IMG/VR virus record: IMGVR_UViG_3300020470_000460
Span: 1 to 64,000 of that record
DNA from: a virus
DNA length: 64,000 bases
Direction: 5' to 3' (one strand)
The position numbers and the translations under genes are program-made. The notes under the pieces are model-generated. The model was not told the DNA's origin. It did not search any database and was given only the letters and a program-made list of their open reading frames with translations. This document shows, in pieces, positions 45,498-56,738 of this stretch. Numbering within the stretch: position 1 is the first letter of the stretch; each line of letters starts with the position of its first letter.

Positions 45498-48206
45498 GCC
45501 GAAGACCTGACAAGGACCAGCAGCACAACCCACTGCCATGTAACCGTTGTTGACCACATATGCTCCTAAACCATTGTTACATTGGTTAATAATAGCACCC
45601 TGTGGCACGAACTCAGCGATAACACCAGTAGGTGCTGAAATAAAGGTAGCATGGAATGCATTGGTAGACCCTGCAAGGATATCTGCCATGCTACTAGGCA
45701 TTTGCTGACCTACTGATATTCTAACCTGTGTAGGTGGTGCAACTCCTGGGAATGGTAGGTCTGTAGTTATATCAACAATACATCCCTTAACCATAGCAAA
45801 CTGTCCAGTCAAGGACGTTGCTGTCATATTGAATAGTGCAATAAACTCAAATCTACCTGAGTTTAAGAATGATGATATCCAGTTGGCCTGGTTGATTATC
45901 TCACCATCAGCAACATTTTCAATGGTATTACCTTCTATCTTGACGTTTTGAGAGTTGATCATCAACGACTCAATAGCAGCATAACTTGTCTTCGCTGCTT
46001 GTACCTTTAACTCACCACTGACTGCAATATCTCTATCACCCTCAAATCTTTCGGAAGACTTCTGCTCTGTAGAGTCATTAAGAGTACCTGATAACTGAGG
46101 TCCAGTCCTAGTACGTCCCATATAGTCAGCACCAGGATCGAAAGGTATCTCCTCTGTTGGATAGAAACCACCTATATTTTCCTTATTTAATTTCTTAGTC
46201 CTTGCTGAAGGACCATATAATGCTAAGTCTTGTGACTGAGATATCACATCATCTGATACTGTACCCTGAGTAACATTAGTATCTACCTGTGCCATAGCAC
46301 CACCAACAGTATTGGTAGCAGGTGCTTCTGAGGATCCAGAAGATTCTGACTGTGGACCTTGAGAGTAGTGACCATTCCATGATCCTTCTACCTCTTGGTG
46401 CATATTACCCATGACCTTAATATAAAAGTCACCCTCTACTGTTAGACAGTAGTTACCTTTAATATTCTCACACTTGTCCTTAGCAATAATCTTAGTTTCA
46501 TTGTTAGGTACATTGGTATGTCTGTTACCCCAACTATCTTCAAACGTGCTGACACCACCAGGTCCACTAACTACTCTCTTAACTTTACCTTCAGTAGCAT
46601 CATCTATAATTCTTGTACCATTAAGATGACTTGATACCTGCATCAGATATGGATTGGTATCCTTAAACATCTGATCGATATAAGAACCAGTAACTTCTGG
46701 TGCACTAGTCGGTGTCGCTGCCATATTCAGTGACGTTAGGTCTTCTCCTGATAGACCTGCCCCTTGATAATCTACATTGATTAAACTATTAACACTTTCA
46801 TAAGGAGTACCTCTAACAGCATCTTCTATGTTGTCACACTCAGTGGATCCTATCAGTGGGAACCACCCCTTAGACTTCGGCCTCTTTATCTTCCTGTTAC
46901 AACTCTTTTTAAATAGTGCTCCTAGAATTGCCATAAGGATTTGAAGGAGACTACCCCAGTCTAATGAGGTGAAATCAAATTCAAATATAGATTGCACTGT
47001 CTCACCCAGTGCCATTGCCTTACCTAGCATACCTTTGGCAGTGCTGATAGCAGAGATAACATCACCAGCAACATCCTTAACACGATTCATTGCAGATGTG
47101 ATACCACCCAAGACACGATTGCTTATTCCTTTAACAGCAGAATCAATAGTCTTACCTAATTTAGACGTAGCTATCTTATCTACAGCAAGGCTCGCCATTT
47201 GGTTAGCAAAGTTTGCCGTATCACTCAGTGCTCCCTTCACCAGTCCTAACCACATTGGTGTCTTAGCACAGAATAGTGCGAAGATCTGATCCAAGAATGA
47301 CATCAATAGGTTAACAACTATCAGTGGTACGAATGAAGATATAATCTTCACTAGCATTCCTACAACCTCAGCAATTAACTTTGCCATCACCTCTTTCAAG
47401 GGTGCAAGAATACCTGCTATACCACCAGAAAGGAAGTTCATTGTCTTCCCTAGGTGCTCTCTAACTTTATCTCCTGCTATATTCTTACCAGTAATTAAGG
47501 ATACAAATCCTTTCTCAGCTTTACCTAATGCTGCTGACATGTTACCTAACTCAGTCAGCATCCTCTTTAAATCTTTCTCAAATCCACCACCAGCAGGACC
47601 AGCAACACCATCTCCAATTGATTGCATCTCAACAGGTGGTTTTATGGGGTGTGTTACTACATTACCAGGCGTTGTTGCCTCTGCCATGTTAATACCACCA
47701 CCTCTTGCCTCCTCCTGTTTTCCTGTTGCAGATGCAGGTGTGTTTTCATTCTTAGGGAATGGGTTTCCACTCCTTGCATTATTATTAGCAAGGTCAGTCT
47801 GTTGTGGAGTGCTAGTCTTTAATTCATTTGCAGGTCCAGCATCTGCAATAGTCGTGGCACCATCTGACTGTTCTTGTGAAAATCCTCTGAAAGCACCCAA
47901 TACACATGGTAACTGTGCTTCTTCACCATCAAGGAAGAAACCTAATACCCATGCTCCTGGTTGTAATTCTGTTGTAGTACCTGCTGACTTAGTTTGTGGT
48001 TGGTCAGTTGGTAGTAATACTGTTGCCCAAGGAAGTACCTCTTTAGGTACCTCTTCTAAGTATGCCTTTCCTTCTGAGTTACCTGTATACCAACCAAGGA
48101 TACGCACCTTGATACGACCTAGCTCGGAAGGATCTCGAATCTCTTCGACTTCTCCTACCCACCAAGTAAATGTATCTCTTCCAAGATAATCGGTACGTAC
48201 GCCCAT
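45477..48206 (-). CDS. gp5: baseplate hub/central spike gp5
   Basis: F.WWVG.VE...DP..LGR.KVRI.G; LPWA; G.WV.GFFLDG..AQ.P; beta-helix repeats. Confidence 0.9.
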   Translation of the reverse strand: MGVRTDYLGRDTFTWWVGEVEEIRDPSELGRIKVRILGWYTGNSEGKAYLEEVPKEVLPWATVLLPTDQPQTKSAGTTTELQPGAWVLGFFLDGEEAQLPCVLGAFRGFSQEQSDGATTIADAGPANELKTSTPQQTDLANNNARSGNPFPKNENTPASATGKQEEARGGGINMAEATTPGNVVTHPIKPPVEMQSIGDGVAGPAGGGFEKDLKRMLTELGNMSAALGKAEKGFVSLITGKNIAGDKVREHLGKTMNFLSGGIAGILAPLKEVMAKLIAEVVGMLVKIISSFVPLIVVNLLMSFLDQIFALFCAKTPMWLGLVKGALSDTANFANQMASLAVDKIATSKLGKTIDSAVKGISNRVLGGITSAMNRVKDVAGDVISAISTAKGMLGKAMALGETVQSIFEFDFTSLDWGSLLQILMAILGALFKKSCNRKIKRPKSKGWFPLIGSTECDNIEDAVRGTPYESVNSLINVDYQGAGLSGEDLTSLNMAATPTSAPEVTGSYIDQMFKDTNPYLMQVSSHLNGTRIIDDATEGKVKRVVSGPGGVSTFEDSWGNRHTNVPNNETKIIAKDKCENIKGNYCLTVEGDFYIKVMGNMHQEVEGSWNGHYSQGPQSESSGSSEAPATNTVGGAMAQVDTNVTQGTVSDDVISQSQDLALYGPSARTKKLNKENIGGFYPTEEIPFDPGADYMGRTRTGPQLSGTLNDSTEQKSSERFEGDRDIAVSGELKVQAAKTSYAAIESLMINSQNVKIEGNTIENVADGEIINQANWISSFLNSGRFEFIALFNMTATSLTGQFAMVKGCIVDITTDLPFPGVAPPTQVRISVGQQMPSSMADILAGSTNAFHATFISAPTGVIAEFVPQGAIINQCNNGLGAYVVNNGYMAVGCAAGPCQVFGLPVLLN

Positions 48207-48225
48207 AGTATATTAATTGTTTCTT

Positions 48226-48681
48226 TTATTTATCAAGTCTCTCAAAGAGAAATTCACCTTCCTCTTCAGGTTTGCCCCATCGAAACTTACCAGTCTTTAA
48301 ATCATACCCAGTATCTATAGCACGATAATGATCACCATTGAATCTTATTTTTGAGACCATCCTCGTGTCACCCTGGATGCATTCTCCATCAGTATTCCCA
48401 TTCCACCAAACTCCATCCCAGTGCCAAATGAAAGGACAGGTAGGAGTACCAGTAATAATATTAGTAGTTTTAGTATAGACGATGTTTTCATCCATCCTCT
48501 GCCAATCGTACTGTATGTAATTATATGGATCGTCTTCTCCCTTATACTTATACCAAGACTTAGCTAATAGTATACCATAACTAGGTTCAACTATTCGTAT
48601 ATCAATCTGAGGCCATTGTGAAGGATTAGAGAATGCTTGATTTCTATTCCTATAGTGACCTACTACTTCATTAAACAGCAT
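48226..48681 (-). CDS. cpeT: CpeT/CpcT-like phycobilin lyase
   Basis: G.Y.N..QA.SNP..W..I; D.GYD...G...WG. Confidence 0.75.
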   Translation of the reverse strand: MLFNEVVGHYRNRNQAFSNPSQWPQIDIRIVEPSYGILLAKSWYKYKGEDDPYNYIQYDWQRMDENIVYTKTTNIITGTPTCPFIWHWDGVWWNGNTDGECIQGDTRMVSKIRFNGDHYRAIDTGYDLKTGKFRWGKPEEEGEFLFERLDK

Positions 48682-49327
48682 TAATCTCTTTCCAATTTAT
48701 AGGATCTATAATAGCAAACTCATTATTATTTTTAGCAGTGACTATTATATCATATGATAAAGAATAACGTGGAGTGCTACCATTATATACTTCTACCTCA
48801 TGCTCTATATGAGATGGGAATATGAATAGTCTATCCTCTTCAGGTACATACTGTGTATCACCATAGGTAAGATCATTCAATTCTTCTACATGTATAGGCA
48901 TCCTATGAGTATTAGGTGAATGGAATTTAAGTTTACCACCAGTCAACGCACTACCTGTCTTAGGATAATATACTACTGATATTACTGAGTTTGGATGTGT
49001 GTGTTTATATATCTGACCTCCTCTCTCTATAATCACAGGCCATGCCTTTGATGCAAATATTTTAACCTTATCTATATCAACGTTGAAAGCACTAAGATAT
49101 TTCTGACAATGAAAAGAGACCTCACGGTTTAACCAGTGAAATCTCTTATCGTTAAACATCTTATAATCTTGGTCGTTATCCCCTGAATAACTACCCTTTT
49201 CTACCCTATCTGACTTACGATAGGTATCATAAATCTCCTCAAAATACTCAAGCATTTGTTGCTTGGTATCTTGAGATGGTTTTAAGTCTTCATGATATAT
49301 TGCGGTTGGAAACCAAAGATCAATCAT
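48671..49327 (-). CDS. 2OG-Fe(II) oxygenase (TIGR02466-type)
   Basis: WFPT.IY, HTHPNS.ISVVYY, IFPSHIEH.V, RYSLS. Confidence 0.9.
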   Translation of the reverse strand: MIDLWFPTAIYHEDLKPSQDTKQQMLEYFEEIYDTYRKSDRVEKGSYSGDNDQDYKMFNDKRFHWLNREVSFHCQKYLSAFNVDIDKVKIFASKAWPVIIERGGQIYKHTHPNSVISVVYYPKTGSALTGGKLKFHSPNTHRMPIHVEELNDLTYGDTQYVPEEDRLFIFPSHIEHEVEVYNGSTPRYSLSYDIIVTAKNNNEFAIIDPINWKEINAV

Positions 49328-49555
49328 TTAATCATCATATACTAAACATTCTGGTTCGTCTGGATGCTGGTCGCAGAATAACTCTAGACAAGTTGGATCG
49401 TGGTGATCTCCTGCAACAATCTCATCATGGTGATGCTCTTCGTACTCAATTAAATCGTGCAACTCTTCCTTGTAGTGTCTGCGAGCAGCAGGATTCAATG
49501 TAGGATCATCAAGGAGCTCTTTATCGTGCTCAATATGTTGCTCTATAGTTGTCAT
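49328..49555 (-). CDS. cp12: Calvin cycle inhibitor CP12
   Basis: DPT.LELFCD..PDEPECLVYDD C-terminus. Confidence 0.95.
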   Translation of the reverse strand: MTTIEQHIEHDKELLDDPTLNPAARRHYKEELHDLIEYEEHHHDEIVAGDHHDPTCLELFCDQHPDEPECLVYDD

Positions 49556-49579
49556 AATGGTCTCTGTAGAGTGTATAGT

Positions 49580-49587
49580 TATTTATG
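49580..49587 (-). promoter_or_regulatory. late promoter CATAAATA
   Basis: 25 bp upstream of cp12. Confidence 0.6.
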
Positions 49588-51133
49588 CTTCTTGCTTAGG
49601 AACTGAGTCCCTAACCAGGTATAGTTTAGTCGTTAATCCAGTTTTTTGGTAGATATGTGTGAGTCCCGCAATAATATACTTACCACTGAACCTATAATCT
49701 AACAAAACTTCCTCATCTTCCTCTGTAGAAGAAGGTATCTTTACATCGATTACATTACCTGCTGTTAATGCAGTATTACCAGCAACGGTGAGATTTAACT
49801 TAATTGCCTTGAATAAATTATACCTTGCTGCTGCATATTGTGCAACTGCAATAGAGTCAATGTTGGGGCTTGATCCGTTATCAACATTCGCATTACTACT
49901 CTGATTCTTCATACCAGGCAATGCCCTGATCTTCATCCTAGTAGGTTGTGATGCTTCAATATCAAAGAATTCTGGTATAAGGAATGGTGGTTGTGCTTGG
50001 TTACCCCTTGTTTCATCATTACCATCTACTACTTTATTTGCCTTTGCAAATACCTGTTGGAAATTAAGTACCTTAAGAGCACTGATTGTACCACTAGGTG
50101 CTGATGATAAACCAGTACCAGAGAATTGTCCAGTCTCTTGATCAAAACCAACAGCATCTACAGACTCATTTGGTGCTGCCTCTTTCTTCTTACCAGATGT
50201 AGGAGTATAACTATCCTTCTGTGATGCTAATGATATACCAATAGCAGCAGTCTTATAGGTACCCATCCTCATGTTAGATAGATGATTTGCCTTATCAGGA
50301 TATGTTAGTGTCTCGATAGCATACCTCTTATCTGCTCCTTCTTGAGCACCTTGCACGTAAGTATATGTGTAGACACCATTCCTAGTTGCTTCACCCTTAG
50401 CAATACTATCAATAGATCTAAAGTTAAATCCATTCCTATTTGACCAGAATAAGAATCCAGACTGTTTAGCACCACCCTTACTATTGGTCAATCTAGTTAC
50501 CTTATCTGATAGGTAATGAATAGCATCACTAGGTTTCCAACTACATGCTATGAAAGTATATTTGGAATGATTCTCAAAATTATATTTGTTTGCCTTATTA
50601 GTACCCTTAGTCTTAAGGAATTCATCACAGATATACTTTGGTATATTCTCTACATCCTTAGACTTTTCTCCTGGTCCTAATGACTTAAAGATCTTATTAC
50701 TCTCATCATGATACATCTCTGGAGATACACAGTGTAAGATATACAACTGTCCTCTCTCAGTCTTTGAGATACTACCAATCTTATAGACAGTCAGTTCACA
50801 ATCTAAATGATCACCCCTGATAGCAGTACCAGTTACCATCTTAATCTTAACTTTCTCACCACCCTGTAGATTTTTATTCCAGTCAATAGCATCTAAGATA
50901 CTGATGTCACATCTTAAGAAAGAAGACTCAATAGATTCATGGTACTGAAATTCCAATACCATTTCAGTTATATCATACAGTTTCTTACCGTTTGCTGTCT
51001 CTAACTGTAACTTCTGAATCTCAAAGTCTCTAGCATTATCAGCATTAAAAGATCCTCCAAATGGACTAGCACCATAACTGATCCTCTGCCATGCAGTCTT
51101 TACATCATTAATATATTCTATTACTTGTGACAT
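49583..51133 (-). CDS. baseplate hub protein (gp27/VgrG-like)
   Basis: ESI....L....I.D; F.FW.N..GFNF.SID; GN..L.AG..I....P...SGKYII..L.H. Confidence 0.7.
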   Translation of the reverse strand: MSQVIEYINDVKTAWQRISYGASPFGGSFNADNARDFEIQKLQLETANGKKLYDITEMVLEFQYHESIESSFLRCDISILDAIDWNKNLQGGEKVKIKMVTGTAIRGDHLDCELTVYKIGSISKTERGQLYILHCVSPEMYHDESNKIFKSLGPGEKSKDVENIPKYICDEFLKTKGTNKANKYNFENHSKYTFIACSWKPSDAIHYLSDKVTRLTNSKGGAKQSGFLFWSNRNGFNFRSIDSIAKGEATRNGVYTYTYVQGAQEGADKRYAIETLTYPDKANHLSNMRMGTYKTAAIGISLASQKDSYTPTSGKKKEAAPNESVDAVGFDQETGQFSGTGLSSAPSGTISALKVLNFQQVFAKANKVVDGNDETRGNQAQPPFLIPEFFDIEASQPTRMKIRALPGMKNQSSNANVDNGSSPNIDSIAVAQYAAARYNLFKAIKLNLTVAGNTALTAGNVIDVKIPSSTEEDEEVLLDYRFSGKYIIAGLTHIYQKTGLTTKLYLVRDSVPKQEA

Positions 51134-53518
51134 TTACATAAACTCCACAGGATCGGTCATAAACTCATTGATAATCCCAAACTTAGGATGTATATATGGA
51201 TCAGCATCATGATGATGATCACCAGGAACTATAATAGGATTATCTTGACTCATATCAGCACTCATAATTTGTTGTGGTGATTCACCATCAACTACCACAG
51301 TAGATGAACCATCTTGAAGAGCATTCTGTAACTTCTCAAATTTCTGTTGTTGGAATCTCTGTTTTGCATCATCAATTACCTGACCTGCTTTCTGCAACAC
51401 ACCAGAAGCTTGGTACATTGAATGACCTCGCTTATCAAAGTCAAAGAATCCTCCTGTCATCTGGTCAGCAGCACCAGCTAACCATCTCATTACACCACGT
51501 GGTTTATCATCCTTCTTCTTCTTAGCAGCTTTGACTTTCTCTTTTAATCCCTTAGGTACAGGTGGTTGTGGTGGTTTGTCAGCTTTAATAACTCTACCAC
51601 CTCTAGCAAATCCTGGTGGTAAAGCATACCCACCTCTCTTTGCCTGTTTTAATCTTCTACTTGTTAAACCTCTATCAGATCTGGTAGCAGGAGTATCAAA
51701 TGGTACTACAAATGCTCCACCTGATGCCATCTTAGATCCAACCCACTCAGTGCCATGACCAATAAATGATGTTGACTTACCATCTAATGATACAGGATAT
51801 CCTGACTGTGGACCATGAATCCATCCACCTTTAGCAAACAATCCACCTTTCTTGAATTGTCCCATCCCACCTTCTTTAATATCCTTAGATGTCATACCTG
51901 CTTCTTTTGCTTCTTCAGCAGATACATTTCCACCTGATTTATTAAAGTCTTCCATTACACCAGCAGGATACTTATTACCCATCTGGATTCCAAGTTGAAT
52001 TGCTACCCTCTGTTTGGGTGACATCTTCTCACCAGGACTATACCTTTCACCACCATATTTTGTATACTTTTCTGTTTTAGTATCTCCTCCTCCACCTTTC
52101 TCCATCTCTTTAGCATCTGCACCACCTGTGAAGAGTTTCAACACAGCAGTCAATGCTTTCATTCCAAGGAATAGGGGCCAGAATAGTACCTTAAATCCTA
52201 TACCAATAATCTTACTGATGATCGGCATATGAGGTTCTACTGCTTCAAGAATTCCACCTAGGAATGCTCCCAAGGTAGTAAAGAATTCTTCCATTGGTGC
52301 TTTTATCTCAGCTATAACATTACCAAAAGTATCACCAATCATCTTAAAGAATTTACTGACTGGTTCTACTATAGGTTGTATCAATCCACCTACTGCATCA
52401 CCAATCTTACCACCTGCCATACCACCGATAGCACCACCTATGGCACCCATACCTGGTATACCAAGTGCTTTACCTGCCATGTCACCTAGTTTGGCACCCA
52501 CTGCCTGACCACCAGCAGCACCAGCACCAGTAGCTGCTGCCTCGACATTAGTAGCACCATCACCTTTTGCTGCCATAAATCCAGCAGCACCAGCACCTAA
52601 TCCAGCAGTAATTCTACCTGCTTTAGAACTAAAGAAGTTACCCTTACCACCTCTTGCCTTCTTAAGTTTATAATCTCTAAACTTCTGATCCTTACTCTGT
52701 AATCCAAATAGTCTCTGAAGACCTCCTATTATACCTCCTAATACCTTCTTAGCACCCTCAAGCATCAACTTAGGATTCTTGAGTAATGTATATCCAGCAA
52801 ATATAGGTACCGCACCAGTAAGGAACTTGATTATACCAAAGAATCCCTTCAAACTAATAGGATTCTCTAAGAATTGTACAAGTCCACCCAGTGACATTCC
52901 ACCGATGAATGAAATTATATTAAATACAAACTTACCTATAGCAGCTAGAGTTAGTCCTAACTTAGTAACTGCTTTAGGATTCTTTGATATCCATTCAAAT
53001 ATCTTAAACTTAATTGCATCAGTTAACAGACCAAACAGTCCAAAGAGAGCAGCAAATATACCACCACCTGTCTTCTTAGCTGCTTCTATAGCACCAGAAC
53101 GTAGACCTTCCTTCTTAGACTTAGCTTTCTCTGCCTTATCTTCTTTCTGATTTCTTAACTGAAACTTCCTTCTCTTCTCTGTCTGCTTATCTTTAAATAA
53201 TTTTCTCTTTCTATCTTTCTTATCAGTAAGAGCCTCTTGTTTGTTAATCTTATCAGCACTCTTAATCTGAGTCCTAATATTATCTCTCCAACTCTCTACT
53301 GTATTCTGTGTATTAGCAGCAATACTATTAAGAGTGGATCCTAATGAGTTGATACCAGATACAATTGACTTAAGTCCAGCACCAACACTCCTCTCAACCT
53401 TTGGCAATCTCTCAGCAGCAGTTAACGGTGTATATTTCGACTGAACACCAGTGACCCCTTTATAAGAGATCATCTTATACATGGATGCCTTTGCTACTTT
53501 TGCAGAAACTTTTGCCAT
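51134..53518 (-). CDS. tape-measure/gp29-like baseplate hub protein
   Basis: Basic N-terminus, Gly/Ala hydrophobic helical repeats, FA.GG..GP.SGYP. Confidence 0.65.
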   Translation of the reverse strand: MAKVSAKVAKASMYKMISYKGVTGVQSKYTPLTAAERLPKVERSVGAGLKSIVSGINSLGSTLNSIAANTQNTVESWRDNIRTQIKSADKINKQEALTDKKDRKRKLFKDKQTEKRRKFQLRNQKEDKAEKAKSKKEGLRSGAIEAAKKTGGGIFAALFGLFGLLTDAIKFKIFEWISKNPKAVTKLGLTLAAIGKFVFNIISFIGGMSLGGLVQFLENPISLKGFFGIIKFLTGAVPIFAGYTLLKNPKLMLEGAKKVLGGIIGGLQRLFGLQSKDQKFRDYKLKKARGGKGNFFSSKAGRITAGLGAGAAGFMAAKGDGATNVEAAATGAGAAGGQAVGAKLGDMAGKALGIPGMGAIGGAIGGMAGGKIGDAVGGLIQPIVEPVSKFFKMIGDTFGNVIAEIKAPMEEFFTTLGAFLGGILEAVEPHMPIISKIIGIGFKVLFWPLFLGMKALTAVLKLFTGGADAKEMEKGGGGDTKTEKYTKYGGERYSPGEKMSPKQRVAIQLGIQMGNKYPAGVMEDFNKSGGNVSAEEAKEAGMTSKDIKEGGMGQFKKGGLFAKGGWIHGPQSGYPVSLDGKSTSFIGHGTEWVGSKMASGGAFVVPFDTPATRSDRGLTSRRLKQAKRGGYALPPGFARGGRVIKADKPPQPPVPKGLKEKVKAAKKKKDDKPRGVMRWLAGAADQMTGGFFDFDKRGHSMYQASGVLQKAGQVIDDAKQRFQQQKFEKLQNALQDGSSTVVVDGESPQQIMSADMSQDNPIIVPGDHHHDADPYIHPKFGIINEFMTDPVEFM

Positions 53519-53521
53519 CTA

Positions 53522-55843
53522 TTAACAGGTAAACATTGGACTTGGAACAGTTGTCACTTTCCTTGATTTAGTACCAACACCAACATTATTTATTACTGGT
53601 ACTGTGGTCTTTAACACCATTGTCCTAGGTGGTAATATAATATCTTCAACAGTTGCATCCTTTTCTTGCTTCCAAGCAAACTTTGCATGCATTTCCTGTT
53701 GTTTAGCTACCATTGCATCTATATCAGGTGCTTCACCACCAGCAGATAACTGTGGTAACTGAATATTAGACATATCAATAGCACCACCCTTAGCAAAATC
53801 AGATATCCAAGACTCACCAGGCTTAAGATTGTGCCTCTTATTAAACGCTAGTATCCTTTCTGTCTGATGAATGTCACTAAGTCTTCGTGCTTTACTATCT
53901 TCATATATCTGATATAAAATCTTTGGATCAATATGATCACCTGCAGTACCCTCAACAAGATCCTCAATCTTAGTCTCAGGTTTAATCATCTTCATTTGCT
54001 TCAATGGCTTCAAGATATCATCATGATATTTAAGTAGAATATGATAATATATGAATCCTAATATCTCCTCCATAGAATCTTCTTCATGGAAGTGAACTAA
54101 CTCACCATTTTTTATTCTCTGCTCAGTCTTAGTTGTAAACTTAGTCCAAGAATATACAAATGTAGGTGGCTCTATATCTTCAGGACCAGTCTTAATCTTC
54201 CTTATTTTTCCTCCACCAGCAAATGACGATAATGGTCTCTTCTTAGCAGGTTTACCACTAACTAAGATCATTTCACCACCATCACCAAAGGATTCGACCT
54301 TATCCATCTTCACATCCTTACCAGGATCCTTACCTCTTATAATCTTCCATGCAAATCCTATAGGATTCTTCATGAAGGCAAATATATTCTTAGCAGCTTT
54401 AATAATAAAACCTATAATACCTCCAATTATTTTAATTACACCACTTAATAACCATGTGATAGGTTTCATTATCCAACCTAACACCTCAAACATCACCTTA
54501 CCAATCTGACCTAAGAATTTGAATAAGGTACCAAGAAATTCTGTTACACCTGTCTCTCCAGCAACATCCTTTACTAATTTGAATGCCATACCAAAGAATT
54601 TCTGGATAGGTTCAAATATAGGTTTAATAACTGGTAAGAATGTCTTACCTACCCACTCACCTAAGAATCCACCTATAGCATTACCAACTATAGGTCCAAA
54701 TGGTCCTAAGAATGGTGTCAATAAAGCAGATCCTATCATTCCACCTGCTGCCTGACCAAGACCTGCACCAACTGCTTCAGTCTTATCCTCACCCATAGCA
54801 AAACCTGATGCTATACGAGTAAGACCACCAGCTACTGCCAGTCCCTTCTGCATACCACCAGGTCGCATTGCCTTCTTACCAAGATTCTTACCAGTTTGTA
54901 GTCTGGTAGGATTATTATTTCTGGTATTAAACTGTTTACCAACCTTCCTTGCTTGATCGTCTCTACCCTGTGCTCTTAACTTCTTCTGCTGTCTCTCTAC
55001 TGACTTCTTCTGTGCCTTATATTCTTGCTCAGTGTATATCTTACCTGTCTCTGTATCCTTATAACCAAACTTACGCCATTGCTCGTTTCTTTCCCATGTC
55101 AATTCTTTCATGGAAGTATCTCTAAAGAGATTCTTTACCTTTGTACCATCACTGAATAGTTTTAATGGGTTTAATAGATACCGCAGGGTCATAAACCCTG
55201 TGAATAATTGTAGTAATCCTGTTATAGGTGAGAATGCCTTAGCAATACCTGTCTGACTACCAGCACCAAAGATATTAGTAATACCTTTGGCGTACATATT
55301 GACACCAAATCCTAGGATCTTAAAGGCAAACTTACCTATAGCAGCAACTAACTTAAAGACCCTAGCTGCATCCTTTGCTTTCTGTGGATTAGACAGCCAT
55401 TTAAAGACTGCCATTGTAACGAATATATCAAATATGGGAGTTAAGAAGTTAGCGATCATCTCAAAGAATCCCAAGGCTTTTTCTTTTGCCTTCTCCTTCA
55501 TGGGATTTGCTTCTTTCTTCTTCGCTGGTCCCTTCTCTGCCTTATCCTCTTTCTTATTCCTCTGTTCAAACTTGAACATGTTTTTAAAACCTTTTGCCCA
55601 TTTCTGGAACACATTAAGGTCTTGCTTCTCTTCTGCTGTATCCTCTTTTATCTCTTTAGCAGTATCTGTCCTTAACCAATCTCTCTCAAACTTAATAAGT
55701 TTCTCAGTCTCTACTTGGTTATGACTAATACTGGTTACCGTCATCCCAGTACGATTGATGCCCTTCCGAATCTGATTGAAAGTTCCAGAATAGGCACCAT
55801 CTTCTTTGATGGGTTTAATTTTGACGAAACTCTTAATTGCCAT
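53522..55843 (-). CDS. tape-measure/gp29-like baseplate hub protein (paralog)
   Basis: Same architecture as the neighbour; follows gp51. Confidence 0.65.
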   Translation of the reverse strand: MAIKSFVKIKPIKEDGAYSGTFNQIRKGINRTGMTVTSISHNQVETEKLIKFERDWLRTDTAKEIKEDTAEEKQDLNVFQKWAKGFKNMFKFEQRNKKEDKAEKGPAKKKEANPMKEKAKEKALGFFEMIANFLTPIFDIFVTMAVFKWLSNPQKAKDAARVFKLVAAIGKFAFKILGFGVNMYAKGITNIFGAGSQTGIAKAFSPITGLLQLFTGFMTLRYLLNPLKLFSDGTKVKNLFRDTSMKELTWERNEQWRKFGYKDTETGKIYTEQEYKAQKKSVERQQKKLRAQGRDDQARKVGKQFNTRNNNPTRLQTGKNLGKKAMRPGGMQKGLAVAGGLTRIASGFAMGEDKTEAVGAGLGQAAGGMIGSALLTPFLGPFGPIVGNAIGGFLGEWVGKTFLPVIKPIFEPIQKFFGMAFKLVKDVAGETGVTEFLGTLFKFLGQIGKVMFEVLGWIMKPITWLLSGVIKIIGGIIGFIIKAAKNIFAFMKNPIGFAWKIIRGKDPGKDVKMDKVESFGDGGEMILVSGKPAKKRPLSSFAGGGKIRKIKTGPEDIEPPTFVYSWTKFTTKTEQRIKNGELVHFHEEDSMEEILGFIYYHILLKYHDDILKPLKQMKMIKPETKIEDLVEGTAGDHIDPKILYQIYEDSKARRLSDIHQTERILAFNKRHNLKPGESWISDFAKGGAIDMSNIQLPQLSAGGEAPDIDAMVAKQQEMHAKFAWKQEKDATVEDIILPPRTMVLKTTVPVINNVGVGTKSRKVTTVPSPMFTC

Positions 55844-56028
55844 TAGAGAGCCATTTTATTCTCTTCTGCTTTTTGCCTTCTCTCTTCCTCTTGAATATGA
55901 GCAATAAGAAGGTTCACGTATACATCACGTTCCCACGGTATCATGTCTTCCAACTCAGTCAGAGAGTATTTGTGATGTTGCATTAATGCGAAGTTAGTCT
56001 TGTAGTAATTCTCAAGACTGTCATGCAT
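55843..56028 (-). CDS. gp51: baseplate hub assembly catalyst gp51
   Basis: LENYYKTNFALMQHHKYSLTELE.MIPWER.VYV. Confidence 0.92.
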   Translation of the reverse strand: MHDSLENYYKTNFALMQHHKYSLTELEDMIPWERDVYVNLLIAHIQEEERRQKAEENKMAL

Positions 56029-56033
56029 TAACG

Positions 56034-56738
56034 CTACTCGAAAAAACTTGCTAGTCCCTCCAGTACCAACTCACTCTCAACTTTTGTCTTAGGATTAGTT
56101 ACCTTTAATGTGTATGATAACTTAGGCATAGTCTCAAAGAATGCTTGAATCTTTGCAAATTGCTCTGCATTTAGATCTTCAAGGAAATCTAATGCTTCCT
56201 TCTTAGTGAAAGAGTCATAGACTTCTTCTTTGTCGTATACTTGCTCAATACATCCTGCAGCTAATTCAAATACATCCTCTATATTAGGGTTATCAGAAAG
56301 ATTCTGTTGAATGAATACATCCAATGAAGGATATTTCATTTTTACCCCAACATTACCATCTAGATCGATTTTAGAATCGTGACCTTCTGGCATTTGCACA
56401 GTAACCTCACCAAGAGGTACCTGCACATCAACTTGTGTCTCATCATCATCTGGACAAGTGACTTTAAATTCACTTACCTCACCAACAGCAACAGATCTGA
56501 TCTTAAGGAAGATATATTCAATCTCGAACGTAGCAAGATTCTCAACCTTAGACTTTAGATTAGTGCAGTTTTTAATTATAGTCTTCACTGCTTTGACCAT
56601 CTGCTTGTTGTCTTGCGACTCCATAGCGAGATAGAGTAGTTTCTCTTCCTTAACTAGGAATGGTCTATATGATATTTGTGTGCCTGTAACAGGCAGGGTC
56701 GCTTCATACTCAGGTATGGCTAACTTAGGTAATGGCAT
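56034..56738 (-). CDS. gp26: baseplate hub subunit gp26
   Basis: MPLPK...P.Y...LP...YRPFLVKEEK.L; FF.TMPKL; LEGL.SFF. Confidence 0.95.
   Translation of the reverse strand: MPLPKLAIPEYEATLPVTGTQISYRPFLVKEEKLLYLAMESQDNKQMVKAVKTIIKNCTNLKSKVENLATFEIEYIFLKIRSVAVGEVSEFKVTCPDDDETQVDVQVPLGEVTVQMPEGHDSKIDLDGNVGVKMKYPSLDVFIQQNLSDNPNIEDVFELAAGCIEQVYDKEEVYDSFTKKEALDFLEDLNAEQFAKIQAFFETMPKLSYTLKVTNPKTKVESELVLEGLASFFE

Noticed and set aside
47539-48189. 216-aa plus-strand ORF (and similar antisense ORFs at 40311, 46969, 52779, 55287)
   Set aside because: Antisense shadows of real genes caused by codon bias; no promoter, RBS or recognisable motifs
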